Positions 51,755-64,000 of a stretch of DNA of 64,000 nucleotides are shown here, in pieces. How positions within the stretch are numbered: the stretch's first letter is position 1; every line of letters starts with the position of its first letter. The position numbers and the translations under genes were made by a program. Below the pieces are notes generated by a model that did not search any database, had not been told where the DNA came from, and saw only the letters and a list, made by a program, of their open reading frames with translations. Where the stretch lies: contig OX597824.1 of NCBI GenBank assembly GCA_951406725.2, positions 56,482,001 through 56,546,000 of the forward strand, read 5' to 3'. This DNA is from Octopus vulgaris (taxonomy: Eukaryota).

Positions 51755-52090
51755 ACATCATCATCATCATCATCATCATCATAGACATCACCATCACCAT
51801 CCTCACCATCACCATCCTCACCACCACCATTATCCTCCTCCTCACCACCACCATGGCATCATCATCATCATCATAGTCATCACCATCCTCAGCACTGTTA
51901 TCCTCCTCTTCACTGCCACCACCACCACCACAACCACCACATTTCATCGTTATCAATACCATCATCATCATAGTCATCACCATCACCATCACCATCCTCA
52001 TCACCACCACCATTATCCTCCTTCTCCTTCTCACCACCACCACCATCATCAGTTGATAAGTGGTGGTGGTGGTGGTGGTGGTGGTGGTCG
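51755..52090. repeat. (CAT/CAC)n trinucleotide tract switching to (GGT)n; partial duplicate at ~52570-52720
   Basis: Direct inspection; both copies end GGTCGAAGGACAGAG.ACTATTAA. Confidence 0.85.
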
Positions 52091-53519
52091 AAGGACAGAG
52101 CACTATTAAATTATTCACTAGTATTTAACTGGAAGAAGTTTTTTCACTCAGCAGAAAATAATAATAAACAAAAAAACATAAATAAACCATAAAAAACATG
52201 AAAAATTTATTCATTTAGACATATACATACATATATGTGTGTGTGTGTGTGTATTCATTAGTGATAGAAGCAGAAATAGTTCAAAATAGCAATCTGTGTA
52301 TTATACTCAAGCAGATATATCATTCAAACTGTAGTATTTATGTTGAGATAGTATCCTCTTATTGACATATAGTGTTAAAAAACACAGAAATGTATCAGTA
52401 GCAGATAATAATTGGCCAGCAACGATGGTGATATTGCTATAGACATATTTCTGCCTCTTTTGGCTTCATCAGTAGCAAGTATCACCCAGCATCACATGCT
52501 AAAAGAAAGTCAGATGCTTTTATTCTAGTAAAACAGTAATTGCAATATGAGTTATTTTTCAATCACTGCTTTGATGGCAGTTGATGTTCTCTTAGTCATC
52601 ACCATTACCATCCTCACCACCACCACCATTATCCTCCTCCTCACCACCACTACCACCATCAGGTGGTGGTGGTGGTGGTGGTCGAAGGACAGAGTACTAT
52701 TAATTAAATCATTCACTAGTAAGCACATAAATGCGAAACAAGGGGGAAAAAATAGTGGAAAAAAGGCAAAGTCAACCTCGGCAGAATTTGAACTCAGAAC
52801 ATGAAGACAAATGAAATACCGCTAAGTATTTCACTCAGTGTGCTAATGTTTCTGCCAGTTCGGCACCTTATACATGCATACATACACACACACATTCAGA
52901 ACGTAGAAAAATTGACATTAAACCAATAAAACATTAAAAATTATTTTTGTGAGTTAATGACTTGGCCATCAGATATTTTCCAGTCTATGTAACTCATAAT
53001 ATCAATTTATTTCAATTTATTCGATGCATAACTTTGCCAGTCCTTCTTGGCAGCTGGATTAACTGGACTCAGATGCATGAGTGTCTCAATACAAAGGTAG
53101 GAGAAAACATCCTGCTGTAAGCCTTTGACCGCTTTTGATGCATTCTCGCTGGCAAAGTTGCTGAGGTCAATAACAAGCTTCACCTGTAACAAATGTACCA
53201 CCTGCAGGAAAGAATGGTTGCATACTGCTCATTAACTGTTTGCGTTCTTTGATTTTTAGTTTTCCTGTTGTAATGTTTTCATCTAAAGTTTTCATGAACA
53301 GAAGTGGGCAGAGGTTGTGTACATAACAGTCTTGAAGAATACTTCTGGGGTTCCAGAAAGAATTTTGAAGAGTTACCAAAACCTTTGACTACTGACCTAT
53401 TGCAAAGACAAAAATAAATGAATAAAAAACAAAATTTTTTTAAATAGGAAAAGGCAATGAGAAGTGGTGTGGTCTTCATTAATCACAATAAAGATGCAAG
53501 CAGATGGTAGAGGGAGCCT

Positions 53520-56500
53520 TATGTACTCTGCATGTGTGCACTTATGTATGCATGCATGTACATATATATGTACGCATGTATGTATGCCTGCATGTATGTT
53601 TGCATGTATGTATGCATGTATGTATTTATGTATATGTGTATCTACGTATGTATAAATGCATGCTTGCATGTATGTATACATGTATGTATGCCTGTATACA
53701 TGTATGTATGCATGCATTCATGTATGTATGTATGTTTGTACGTATGTATGTATGCTTGCATGTATGTATGTATGCATGCATCTATGTATGCATGCATGTA
53801 TGTATCATTTATGTATACATGCATGTATGCATGCATATATACATACATGTATGCATGCATATATGCATGTATGTATTATGCATGCATATATGCATGTTTG
53901 TATGTATGCATGCATGTATGCATGCATGAGTGCATGTATGAATGCATGTATGTAAGAGTGTATGTACGTATGTATGTATGCATGTAGGTATGTATATATC
54001 TGCATGTATGTATGTATGCATGTATGTATTCATGGATGTACGTATGCATGTATATATGCATGTATATATACATGTACTCATGTATGTATGTACGTATGCA
54101 TGTAGGTATGTATATATCTATGCGTGTATGTATTCTTGGATGTATGTATGTACGCATGTATTATTGCATGGACGTAATCTTGCCTGTATGTATGCATGCA
54201 TACATGCATGCATAAATACATGCATACATACATACATACGTATATACACCCATACATACATGCATTAATACATGCATGCATACATACATATATGCATGCA
54301 TATGTGCATATATGCATACATGCGTGTATATATGCATACATACAAGCATATATACATGCATAAATACATAAAAGCATGCATACATACATGCATGTATACA
54401 TACATGCATGTATACATACATGCATGTATACATAAATAGTACATACACACATGTATACATAGGTGCATGCATACATACATACATGCATACATATATACGT
54501 ACATACATACATGCATACATACATGCATGCAAACATACATACATGCATACATACATATATACATTCATGTATACATACATGCATGTATACATGCGTAGTA
54601 CATAATTACACACATGCATATATTGGTGCATACATACATACATGCATGCATACATATATGCATGAATACATGAATGCATGCATACATACAAACGTACATA
54701 CATACATGAATACATACATATATACATGCATACATACATGTATACATGCATACATGAAATGCATGCATTTATGTATACATGCATGCATGTAGGCATGCTT
54801 ACATACATATATATATAAATAAATACATTTATACATACATACATACATGCAAAAATACATGCATGCATACATATATGCGTACATGTATATATACATGCAT
54901 ACATAAAGGCTTGCATGCATATATGCATGCATACATACGTAGATGCATGCATACTGCATACCTACACACATGCATGTATACATACTTAGTACATACAGAC
55001 ATGCATACACAGATGCATGCATGCTTACATACATACATGTATACATACATGCTTCCCATATATATATATGCAAATGCATGCATATATGCATACATAAAAA
55101 CATACATACAGGAATGCATGCATTCATAAATACATGCATACCTACATGTATACATGCATACATACATGGATGCATGCATGCAAACATACATACATATATA
55201 AAGAAATGCATGCATATTTACATGCATACATACATGCATGCATATATGTATACATGTATATATATAAATGCGTGCATTCATACATACATGCATACATACA
55301 TGGATAGATATATACATACATGCATTCATTCATACATGCATACATACATACATGCATACAAACATACGTACATACATTCATACATACATACATGCATACA
55401 TGTATACATACGAAACTGGCAAGAGTGGAGATAGCAGAGATCGAAAAATGTCTGGGAGACATAATGGATAAATCGACCTACGTGAGTAGAGGAAAAAAAT
55501 TTGGTACGGTGGAGGTGAGATGTGCAACGGAAGAAATTGCAGCCTCACTGGCTACCACTGTTCTAAGAGCGGAAACATTTATAATGTGGCCCTCATACAA
55601 GGGAAGAAGAGGGGTCCGGGTTAAAATCCCGAATATACCCCCAGAAGTAAAAACAGAATGGCTGGCAACAGCTATTCTAGGAGCAGCAGAAGAGGAAGTG
55701 GAGGTGGAATCCTTTAAGGAGTCCAACGCAGTAAATTGGAGAGGATATGGGGTAGAACTGTGTTTGATGGCCACAAAAGAGGACATTGAAAGGTTCCCCT
55801 ATAGAATAGAAATCGAAGACGAGAAAACCCTCAGTGTAATTGTAGAGGGAAGAAAGCCAAACTGCTATTTGTGCGGGACAAGGGGGCACATTAAAAAAGA
55901 GTGCCCGTTATACGAATTCATAGCGGAGTATGAGAAGGAAATTGAAGAAAAGAAGAATACGGTAAATGAAAAAGAAAACATAGAAAAGGAGACAAAACAA
56001 CAAGAGAAAGGAAATAATAAGTCAACGAAGGAAAAAGAAATAAAAGAAAAGAAAGAAATAGAACCAAAACAGAGTCAGGAAAAGAAAAAGGAAAAAGAAA
56101 CAACAGGAAAAAAACAAGAGAGAGATCAGAACCAAACGAAAAGAAAAGACGGCACACAAAAGAAAAAGAAAAGGAACATAAAACACGAGAGAAAGAGAGA
56201 ACAGACAAAGAACCAAAAAGACAAGAGAAGGAAGAAGAAAGAAAAGAAGGCAAAAAGAGAGAAAGAGAGAAACAAAGAGAGGAGAACAAGGAAGAAGTAA
56301 GCCCGAAAAGAAAAACGAGAGAAAACGTAGGACGGAAACAAGATTACTACAAGTTAATAACCTTCCATTTCAGCCCCGAAATGAAGGAATTGACATGTAG
56401 TACGGAGGGACATGTGTGGGTCAACAGGATGACTGATCAGTGGCAGGAGACTGCTCTGATCCCCGAAGAAAGAGTCGCTGAGTTCCTCAGAGCAGCTGGA

Positions 56501-59500
56501 GAGAGTGTAATTTTTTACACGGGTGTTCGAATGAAAGAGCGGCTGCCTGAGGGCTCAGTGATTGACTTTAGAGACTTGAAAGGTATTATGGAATACGTGT
56601 GAGATTGTGAGAGGAGAGAGAAGAAAGAAGAGAAAAAAGAAAAAAAAAATTGTGAACTATATGTGACGAAAATGTAACCTCTCGATTCCGGGGATCGAGT
56701 GGGCATTTGCATCTCATTGTAAATATTCTTTCATTTGTCATTTTTATTTTTATTTTTTCCTTTTCTTGTCATTTCGCTTTCTTATTTTAAGTTCCCCGAT
56801 TGTATTGTCCCCTCTATGTTCGCCCCTTGTGGGTAGTAATAAAATCACATGTATACATACGAACATACATACATGAGTGGCTGCATGCATACATAGGTAC
56901 ATACATGAATGCATACATGTATGTATGCATACATATATGCAAAAATACATACATGCATACATGTATAGATATATATATACACACATACATGCATACATAC
57001 ATACATGAATACATACATGCATGTATGCATGCATACATCCAAGCATACATAATGTATACATGCATACAGATGTGCTTGCATACATACATACAAACATACA
57101 TGCATGCTTACATACATGCATGCTTGCCTCTATACATACATACAAACAAACATACATGAATTCATACATACATAGATGCATACATGTATTCATGCATACA
57201 TACATATATACATAGATATATACATGCATGCATTCATTTGTGCGCACATACACTCATGCATGCATACATACATGAATATATACATACAACCATGCATGAC
57301 TGCATACATACATTCATACATACATGCATGCATACATTCATGCATACATGCATGTATGCACGTGTATATATATGTACGTATGTATGTATGCATATATGTA
57401 TGTATTTATCTATGTATGCATGGAACTATTCATGCATGCATGTATGTATGTGTGCATGCATGTATGCATATATGCATGCATACATGTTTCTATGTATGCA
57501 TGTCTATATGCATGCATGTATGTATGTATGCGTTCTTGTATGTATGTATATATGTACTTCTGTATGTATGTGTGTATATATGTATGTATGTACACATGCA
57601 GTCATGTATGCATACATGTACGTATGCATGTATACATGTATGTACGCATTCATAAATGCATGTATGTATATAAGCATGCATGCATACATTCTTGCAGGCA
57701 TGTATGTATGAATGCGTTAATATATGTAGGTTTGTGTGTATATATGTAAGTATGCATGCATGCATGTATGTATGCATGTATGTATGTATGCATGTGTTTA
57801 TGTATGTATGTACGTATCTATGTAGGTATATATGTATGCAAGAATGCATGTATTTATGTATGTATTATGTATGTATGTTTGAATGCATGCAAGTTTGTGT
57901 GTATATATGCATGCTTGCATACATGCAAGCATGTATGTATTTATGTATGTGTTTTATGCATGTATGTATGTATGCATTATGTGCGTATGTATATAAGCAT
58001 GCATGCACGTATGTATATATTCATGCATACATGTATATATGTATGCTTGCATATATGCATATATGTATGTATGCATGTATGTATATTTTTATGCATGCAT
58101 GTATATATGTATGTATCTATGTATGTATGCCTGTATATTAGTATGCATAAATGTATGTAAATATGTATTTTTGCATGTATGTTCATATGTATATGTATTC
58201 ATGCATGTATGCATGTATGTATGTAAGCATGTATGTATGTATGCATGCATGCTTGCATGCATTATCTATGTATGTGTGCATGTAACTATGTATGCATGTA
58301 TTCATGCATTCATGTATGTACGTATGTATGTATGTATGTATATATCTATGCAAATATGTATGTATACATACAGGCAAACATACATGCATATCATCCTGCA
58401 TGCATGCATTCATGCATACCTACATACTTACATACATGCATACACACATATATGCATACATACATACATGCAGTCATACATGCACGCATACATACATACG
58501 TACACATGCATATATACATACATCCATACATAAATACATATATATAAATGCATGAATGCATGCATGCATACATTCATAAATAAATACATGCATAAATATG
58601 TACATGGATACATAGATGCGTACATGCATGCATGTACGCATCTATGTATCCATGTATATATTTATGCATTCATGCATTTATATATATGTATGTATGGATG
58701 TATGTATATATGCATGTGTGTACATATGTATGTATGCCTGCATGTATGTATGTATGTATGCATGCATATATGTGTGTATGCATGTATGTAAGTATGTAGA
58801 TATGCATGAATGCATGCATGCAGGGTTATATGCATGTATGTGTGTATGTATGCTTGCCTGTATGTAAGTAAGCATGTATAAATGCATGTATGTATGCGTG
58901 CATACATGAATTTATGTATGTATGTATTTACACATGTTTATGCATGCATATGTGCTTGCATGCATATGTGCTTGCATGCATGCATATATATATATATGTA
59001 TGGTTACATGTAATTATGTATGCATGCATACATTCAAGCATGCGTGTATGTATGTATATATGTATGTATTCATACATGTATTTTATGTATTCATGTATAT
59101 GTGTATGTACCTATGTATGCATACATGCATGTATCTCTTTGTGAATGTATGTATGAAGGAATGTATGTATGTATAGATGCAAGTAAGTATTTATGCATGC
59201 ATTGATGTACGTATGCAAGTATACATGTATACATGCATGTATGTATGCATGTATCCATACATGCTTGCATGTATGTGTATGCATGTAAGTGTGTATGTAT
59301 GTATGCGTGCATGAATGCATGTGTGTATGTTTGTATGCATGCATGTATTTATGTATATATATGTATATATGTACGCATGTATGTATGCATGTATATATGT
59401 ATGCATGAATGCATGTGTGTGTATGTATGTATTTGTGCAATCATGTATGCATTTATGAATGTATGCATATATGTGTGCATGCATACATGTGTGCATGCAT

Positions 59501-59960
59501 ACATGTATGTATGATGCATGCATATATGTATGCATGCATGTATGGATGTATGCATGTATATATGTACGTTTGCATTTATGTACGCATTTATATAAGAATG
59601 TTTTGGCATGTACGCATTTATATATGTATATATGTATACTTGCATGCAAGCATGCATGTGTTTTTGCCTGTATTTTTGTATGCATGTATGTATGTATGCT
59701 TGTGAGTATGTATGAATGCATATATGTATGTATGTATGTATATATGTACGTATGTATGTATGTATGCATGCTTGTAGGTATATATCCATACATGCATGTA
59801 TGTATGTATATCATTATGCATGCATATTTGTATGTATGCATGTAAGCATGTATTATATGCATGCATTTATACATCTATGTATCTATATATGTAACTATGT
59901 ATGTATGCATGTGTGTACGTAAGTATGTATGCATGCATGCATGTATGTACGTACGTGCGT
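53520..59960. repeat. Multi-kb degenerate ATGT/ATGC/ATAC simple repeat with strand switches, interrupted by A2
   Basis: Direct inspection; it generates the many spurious M/H/Y/C/V ORFs. Confidence 0.95.
55412..56846 (+). mobile_element. 5'-truncated second copy (A2) of the ORF1-only element, inside a simple repeat
   Basis: Near-identical reverse complement of ~47958-49374. TSD ACATGTATACATACGAA at 55398-55414 and 56847-56863. ORF frameshifted near 56160. Confidence 0.92.
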
Positions 59961-59989
59961 GAGGAGAAATATGTGTGCAGTTTATTAAC

Positions 59990-60855
59990 ATCACGCCCTG
60001 GAGACGATACAAAGAAGACAAGGATAGGTCATATATTCCGAGAGAGTTAACCTTAGCAAAATCATGAGTAAAAGCAGCAGCAAAGTACAAAGAAAAGAGA
60101 GTTGGGGTAAGGATGTCACCCTGCTTGACACCATTCTCTACAGGAATGGGTCCCGCCATGGCACTACTAACACTGACCCAGGCATCCATCCCATCATGAA
60201 ATGATTTAATTATAGGTACAAAGTAATCCGGACATCCAAGTTTGCCAAGTATTTTCCATAGAAAGGCCCCATTTACAGTATCTAAGGCCTTTGTTAAATC
60301 AATGAATACCTGAACAAGATCCATATTCTGCTCATAGCACTTCTCCTGCATCTGCCTTGCTGTGAAAATCATATCCATTGTCCCTCTACCAGATCGTAAG
60401 CCACATTGAGATTCAAATAGGACATCATTTACGAGACACCCATTCAGACGGGTAAGAAGTATATTTGCCAGAACCTTGCCAGCAGCTGATAGTAGAGCTA
60501 TACCTCTGTAGTTACCACACATTGTTCTGGTTCCTTTTCCTTTATAATTGCATCCTTCCAGTCCTTAGGGATTGCACTATCCCTCCAGACTGTACTAATA
60601 AGTTCATGAAGAGACTGTGTGATGTAATTACCACCAAATCACAAGAGCTCAGTACAAATTCCATCCTTTCCAGGTGCCCTACCTAGATTCAATTTACTTA
60701 TTGATGGCATTAATTCATCTATTGAGGGCGAGGAGTCTAAGGAGCCAAATGATCACTGTTTCATCTGACTCATGGTTTAGGAGTTCAAAGAAATGTTCGA
60801 TCTAGCGATCTGTGATTTCTGTTGATTTAGTAAACAGAGTGGAAGATTCCTTGGA
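59990..60855 (-). mobile_element. RTE/BovB-like LINE fragment
   Basis: CGNYRGIALLS, ESQCGLRSGRGTMDMIF, FIDLTKALDTV, GVKQGD. Confidence 0.85.
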
Positions 60856-60869
60856 AATGTAGGCTCGTA

Positions 60870-61198
60870 GGAATGTAGGTATGTCTGTGTGTGTGAGTGT
60901 ATGTATCTACATATGTATGTTTGTATGTATGTATGTAGCTATGTATATATGTATCTATGCATGTATATTGGTATATATGTACGTATGTATGTAGGTATAT
61001 ATGTAGGTATGTATGTACGTAAGTATATATTTCTGTCTGTATGTAAGTATCTATAAATGTATGTATGTATGTATTTAGCTATGTAGGCATGCATGTATGT
61101 ATGTCTGTAGATCTGTAGGAATGTATCTATGTGTGAATGTAGGTATGTGTGTATGTATGTATTTATGTATGTATGAATGTATGTATTTATGTATGTAG

Positions 61199-61229
<31 letters not shown>

Positions 61230-61268
61230 TGTATGTATGTATGTATGTATGTATGTATGTATGTATGT
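60870..61268. repeat. (ATGT)n simple repeat
   Basis: Direct inspection; a further tract lies at ~62800-63195. Confidence 0.9.
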
Positions 61269-61269
61269 G

Positions 61270-62795
61270 GTCCTGTATAAGGGAAAGCGCAACAGAAATG
61301 ATTGATGTAATTATTGGGTAGTATCATTGCTGTCTGCCGTAGGAAAAGTTTTATGCAGAATACTTCTGGATCGTCAGCTGAAATACATTGCAGATTGTGT
61401 TCTTCCAGAAAGTCAATTTGGCGAGCTTCAGGAGATACCTTCAATAGAAAAGCATTGTGGAAAGTCCTCCAGAGACTTGGGTGTCCTGAAAAGTTCCTTG
61501 CTTTAGGTCTTTTTATGAAGACATGAATGGTAGGGTGAATGTTAGAGGGAAAATGTCGGAGCCCATTTCAATACAAAATGGAGTGAAACGGGGATATTCT
61601 GGCACCGACCCTATTTTCCATATATTTTGGGATGGTGTTCTGTATTTCATTCAGAAACTGCATGACAACAGTTTTCTTGAGATTGACTGTGATACGGTGT
61701 TTGACTGAGATTGACTGAGATACGGTGTTTACGTCCATTAACGAATCCTTGGCAACATATTTAATATCAGGCGCCTTGCTTCAAAAACAAAGGTATTTAA
61801 CTCTATCTTAAGAGACCTTTTGTATGCAGATGATTGTAGCACACACAGAGATTGATATGCAACACATTTTGAATGCATTCTTTGATGCTTGCACTGCCTT
61901 AAGATCGACAGTCAATCTCAAGAAAACTGTTGTCATGCAGTTGTCATGGTAAGCAGTATAGTGTAGCAAATATCTATGTCTATGGTAAACGACTTGATGT
62001 AGTTGATCAGTTTGTCTACCTGGGAAACACATAACAATATGGATGTTGAAATTCCTTATAGAATTAGGCAAGCAAGTGTTGCTTTCGGAAGGCTCGAAAA
62101 GCGCCTCTCGAGTCGGCGTGATATATGCAGAAAGACAAAGATAAAGGTGAACAAGGCATGGGTGCTCCCTTCTCTTCTCTATGCCTGTGAGACGTGGGTC
62201 ACATATCGATACCACCTTAAGCAACTGGAACGTTTCCATCAGATGTGTCTCAGACAGTATAAGGACTTGCTGAAGAGATGCTTGCGTCTCTCCTGACACA
62301 TGGGAGGGCATAGCTATTGATCGTAGCAGGTGGAGAAGGATTGTGTACGAGAGGACAAATGCTTTTGAGAAATCTCATTTTGCACATGAGAAAGTAAGGA
62401 GGGATGTAAGGAAGGGCATCGCTGTTACACTTCCAAATGGGAAGGTTCTTCCTCTGATGCTGACATGCAATGTTTGTGCAAGTCTATGCCTCAGTAAAGC
62501 TGGACTCAAGAGTCGTCTTCGTAGTCATAAAGCGAGACAGATGAGTGACAACCTCGCCACTGCTGGTGGTGTAACACACAATACTAATCATATCTGTCTG
62601 GCATGTGGAAGAGAGTGTAATTCGGCAGAAGGAGTTAAACGGCATGCAAAGGTACATGAAGCCCAGTACAGCCGGCTATTACCGGTAAAGGGTTCAGTTG
62701 CCAATTCTGTGCATTGTAGATCTGGGCTAAAAAGTCACATTCGATCACAGCACCAGTTACAGTTAAGGTTCATGCAATGACCGATGACGTGGGGG
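61270..62795 (+). mobile_element. RTE/BovB-like LINE relic with C-terminal C2H2 zinc fingers
   Basis: LYADD, LPSLLYACETW, LERFHQMCLR; fingers CNVC...SH, CLAC...RHAKVH, ...SHIRSQH. A short inverted fragment lies at ~63197-63350. Confidence 0.8.
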
Positions 62796-64000
62796 CAGCC
62801 ATAATGTATATAGGCATGTATGTATATGTGTATGTATGTATGTATGTATGTATATATGAATGTATGTACTTATGTAGGTATGCTGGTATATATTTATGTA
62901 TGCATGTAGATGTGTATGTAGGTATGTATGTATGTATTTAGGTATGTAAGTTTGTAGATATGTATGCGTGTAGATATGTAGGTATTTATGTATGTCGGTA
63001 TATATCTGTATGTATGTATGAATATATGTAATGTATGTATGTATGTATGTAGGCATGGGTGTATAGGTATGTATGTATGTTTATAGGTATATAGGCATGT
63101 ACATATGGATATATGTATGTATATATAGGTAGGTAAGTAGTTATGTAGGTATGTATGTATATATGTATGTATATATGTTGGTAGATATGTAGGTATGGGG
63201 CTGTCCTCTCATGCACAATCCTTCTCCACATGCTAAGAGCAATAGCTATGCCTTTCCATGTGTCAGGAGAGATGCAAACTTCTCTTAAGAAACCTCTTTT
63301 TTGGTTTATCTGGAGGTCGTTCTCCTTTTAGCTAACTCTCATCCTGACCAGCTATACAAAGTACACTAAAAAAACAGCAATTTCTTTTTTTAGAATTTGT
63401 TCACTTTTTCATGCTTATTTGCAATATTTTCAAACTTTAGTTTCATAGAATGTTTTATTTCAGTGATCTCTTTCGTAATCACAATCTTATCAACCAGCTA
63501 ACATATATTTGCCAAACAGACATTATAAAAAGTGTTTGTCAGGAAATGAAAAGTCCCAAAACTACTATTGTACATCAAAAAATTTGTCATTTGCAATTAT
63601 ATTCACTTTTTCATGCTCATTTGGAATATTTTGTCGGAAGATTTGTGAGTTCAGTGATCTCTTTGATAAATACAATCTTATTATCAATCACTTAGCATAT
63701 ATTTTCGACACAATTACAAAACGTTGAATGTACAAAATTGTTTACTTTTTCATGCTTATTTCCAATAATTTTAATATTCTATTAATTAATTATTGAATAT
63801 TATTAATATTGAATATTATTGAATATTATTAATAACTGAAAAAGTTATTTGTATGAAAAGTTTCACAAACGTGTAAAAAGACAGTGAAAAACAAAAAATT
63901 TGAATTTTTTCATTTTTTTCACTCTTTTCTGCTTGACTTTATGTGTGTAAATATTGATATGTAGGTATGTATGTACATAAGGATGTAGATATGTTTCAAG

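Noticed and set aside
51603-52118. His-rich and Met-rich ORFs
   Set aside because: Translation of a CAT/CAC microsatellite; no splice or homology support.
53397-59960. Dozens of overlapping ORFs rich in M/H/Y/C/V/I
   Set aside because: Artefacts of the stop-poor ATGT/ATGC simple repeat, open in all frames.
62343-62780. Host C2H2 zinc-finger gene
   Set aside because: Directly continues an RTE RT relic; the fingers are degenerate.

Overview
Eukaryotic, AT-rich, repeat-dominated window; the SINE/LINE/microsatellite repertoire suggests a mollusc, most likely an octopus (inference). The only host gene I can support is the 3' end of a glucoside xylosyltransferase (GXYLT1/2-like, GT8) on +: a penultimate exon (9989-10161) and a last coding exon (50525-50668) separated by a ~40.4 kb intron. 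The rest is transposons: Gypsy, mariner/Tc1, hAT MITE, Helitron, RTE, CR1, Penelope-like relics, SINEs and simple repeats. Main findings: (1) A Tx1/L1-clade system. A full-length LINE with an intact 1131-aa APE-RT ORF2 sits next to an ORF1-only 'half-LINE' partner with a divergent ORF1 but the same ~50-nt 3' tail. Both are stacked at one 12-bp target (ACATGGAGGAAA, three copies) inside an older ORF1 relic. A second partner copy with its own 17-bp TSD also inserted at ACATG. (2) Several minimal type I hammerhead-ribozyme motifs, including one per unit of a ~556-bp tandem repeat that folds back into a ~600-bp palindrome. (3) A 40-bp hairpin fully paired only on the + strand. All calls were made by eye, without database searches.
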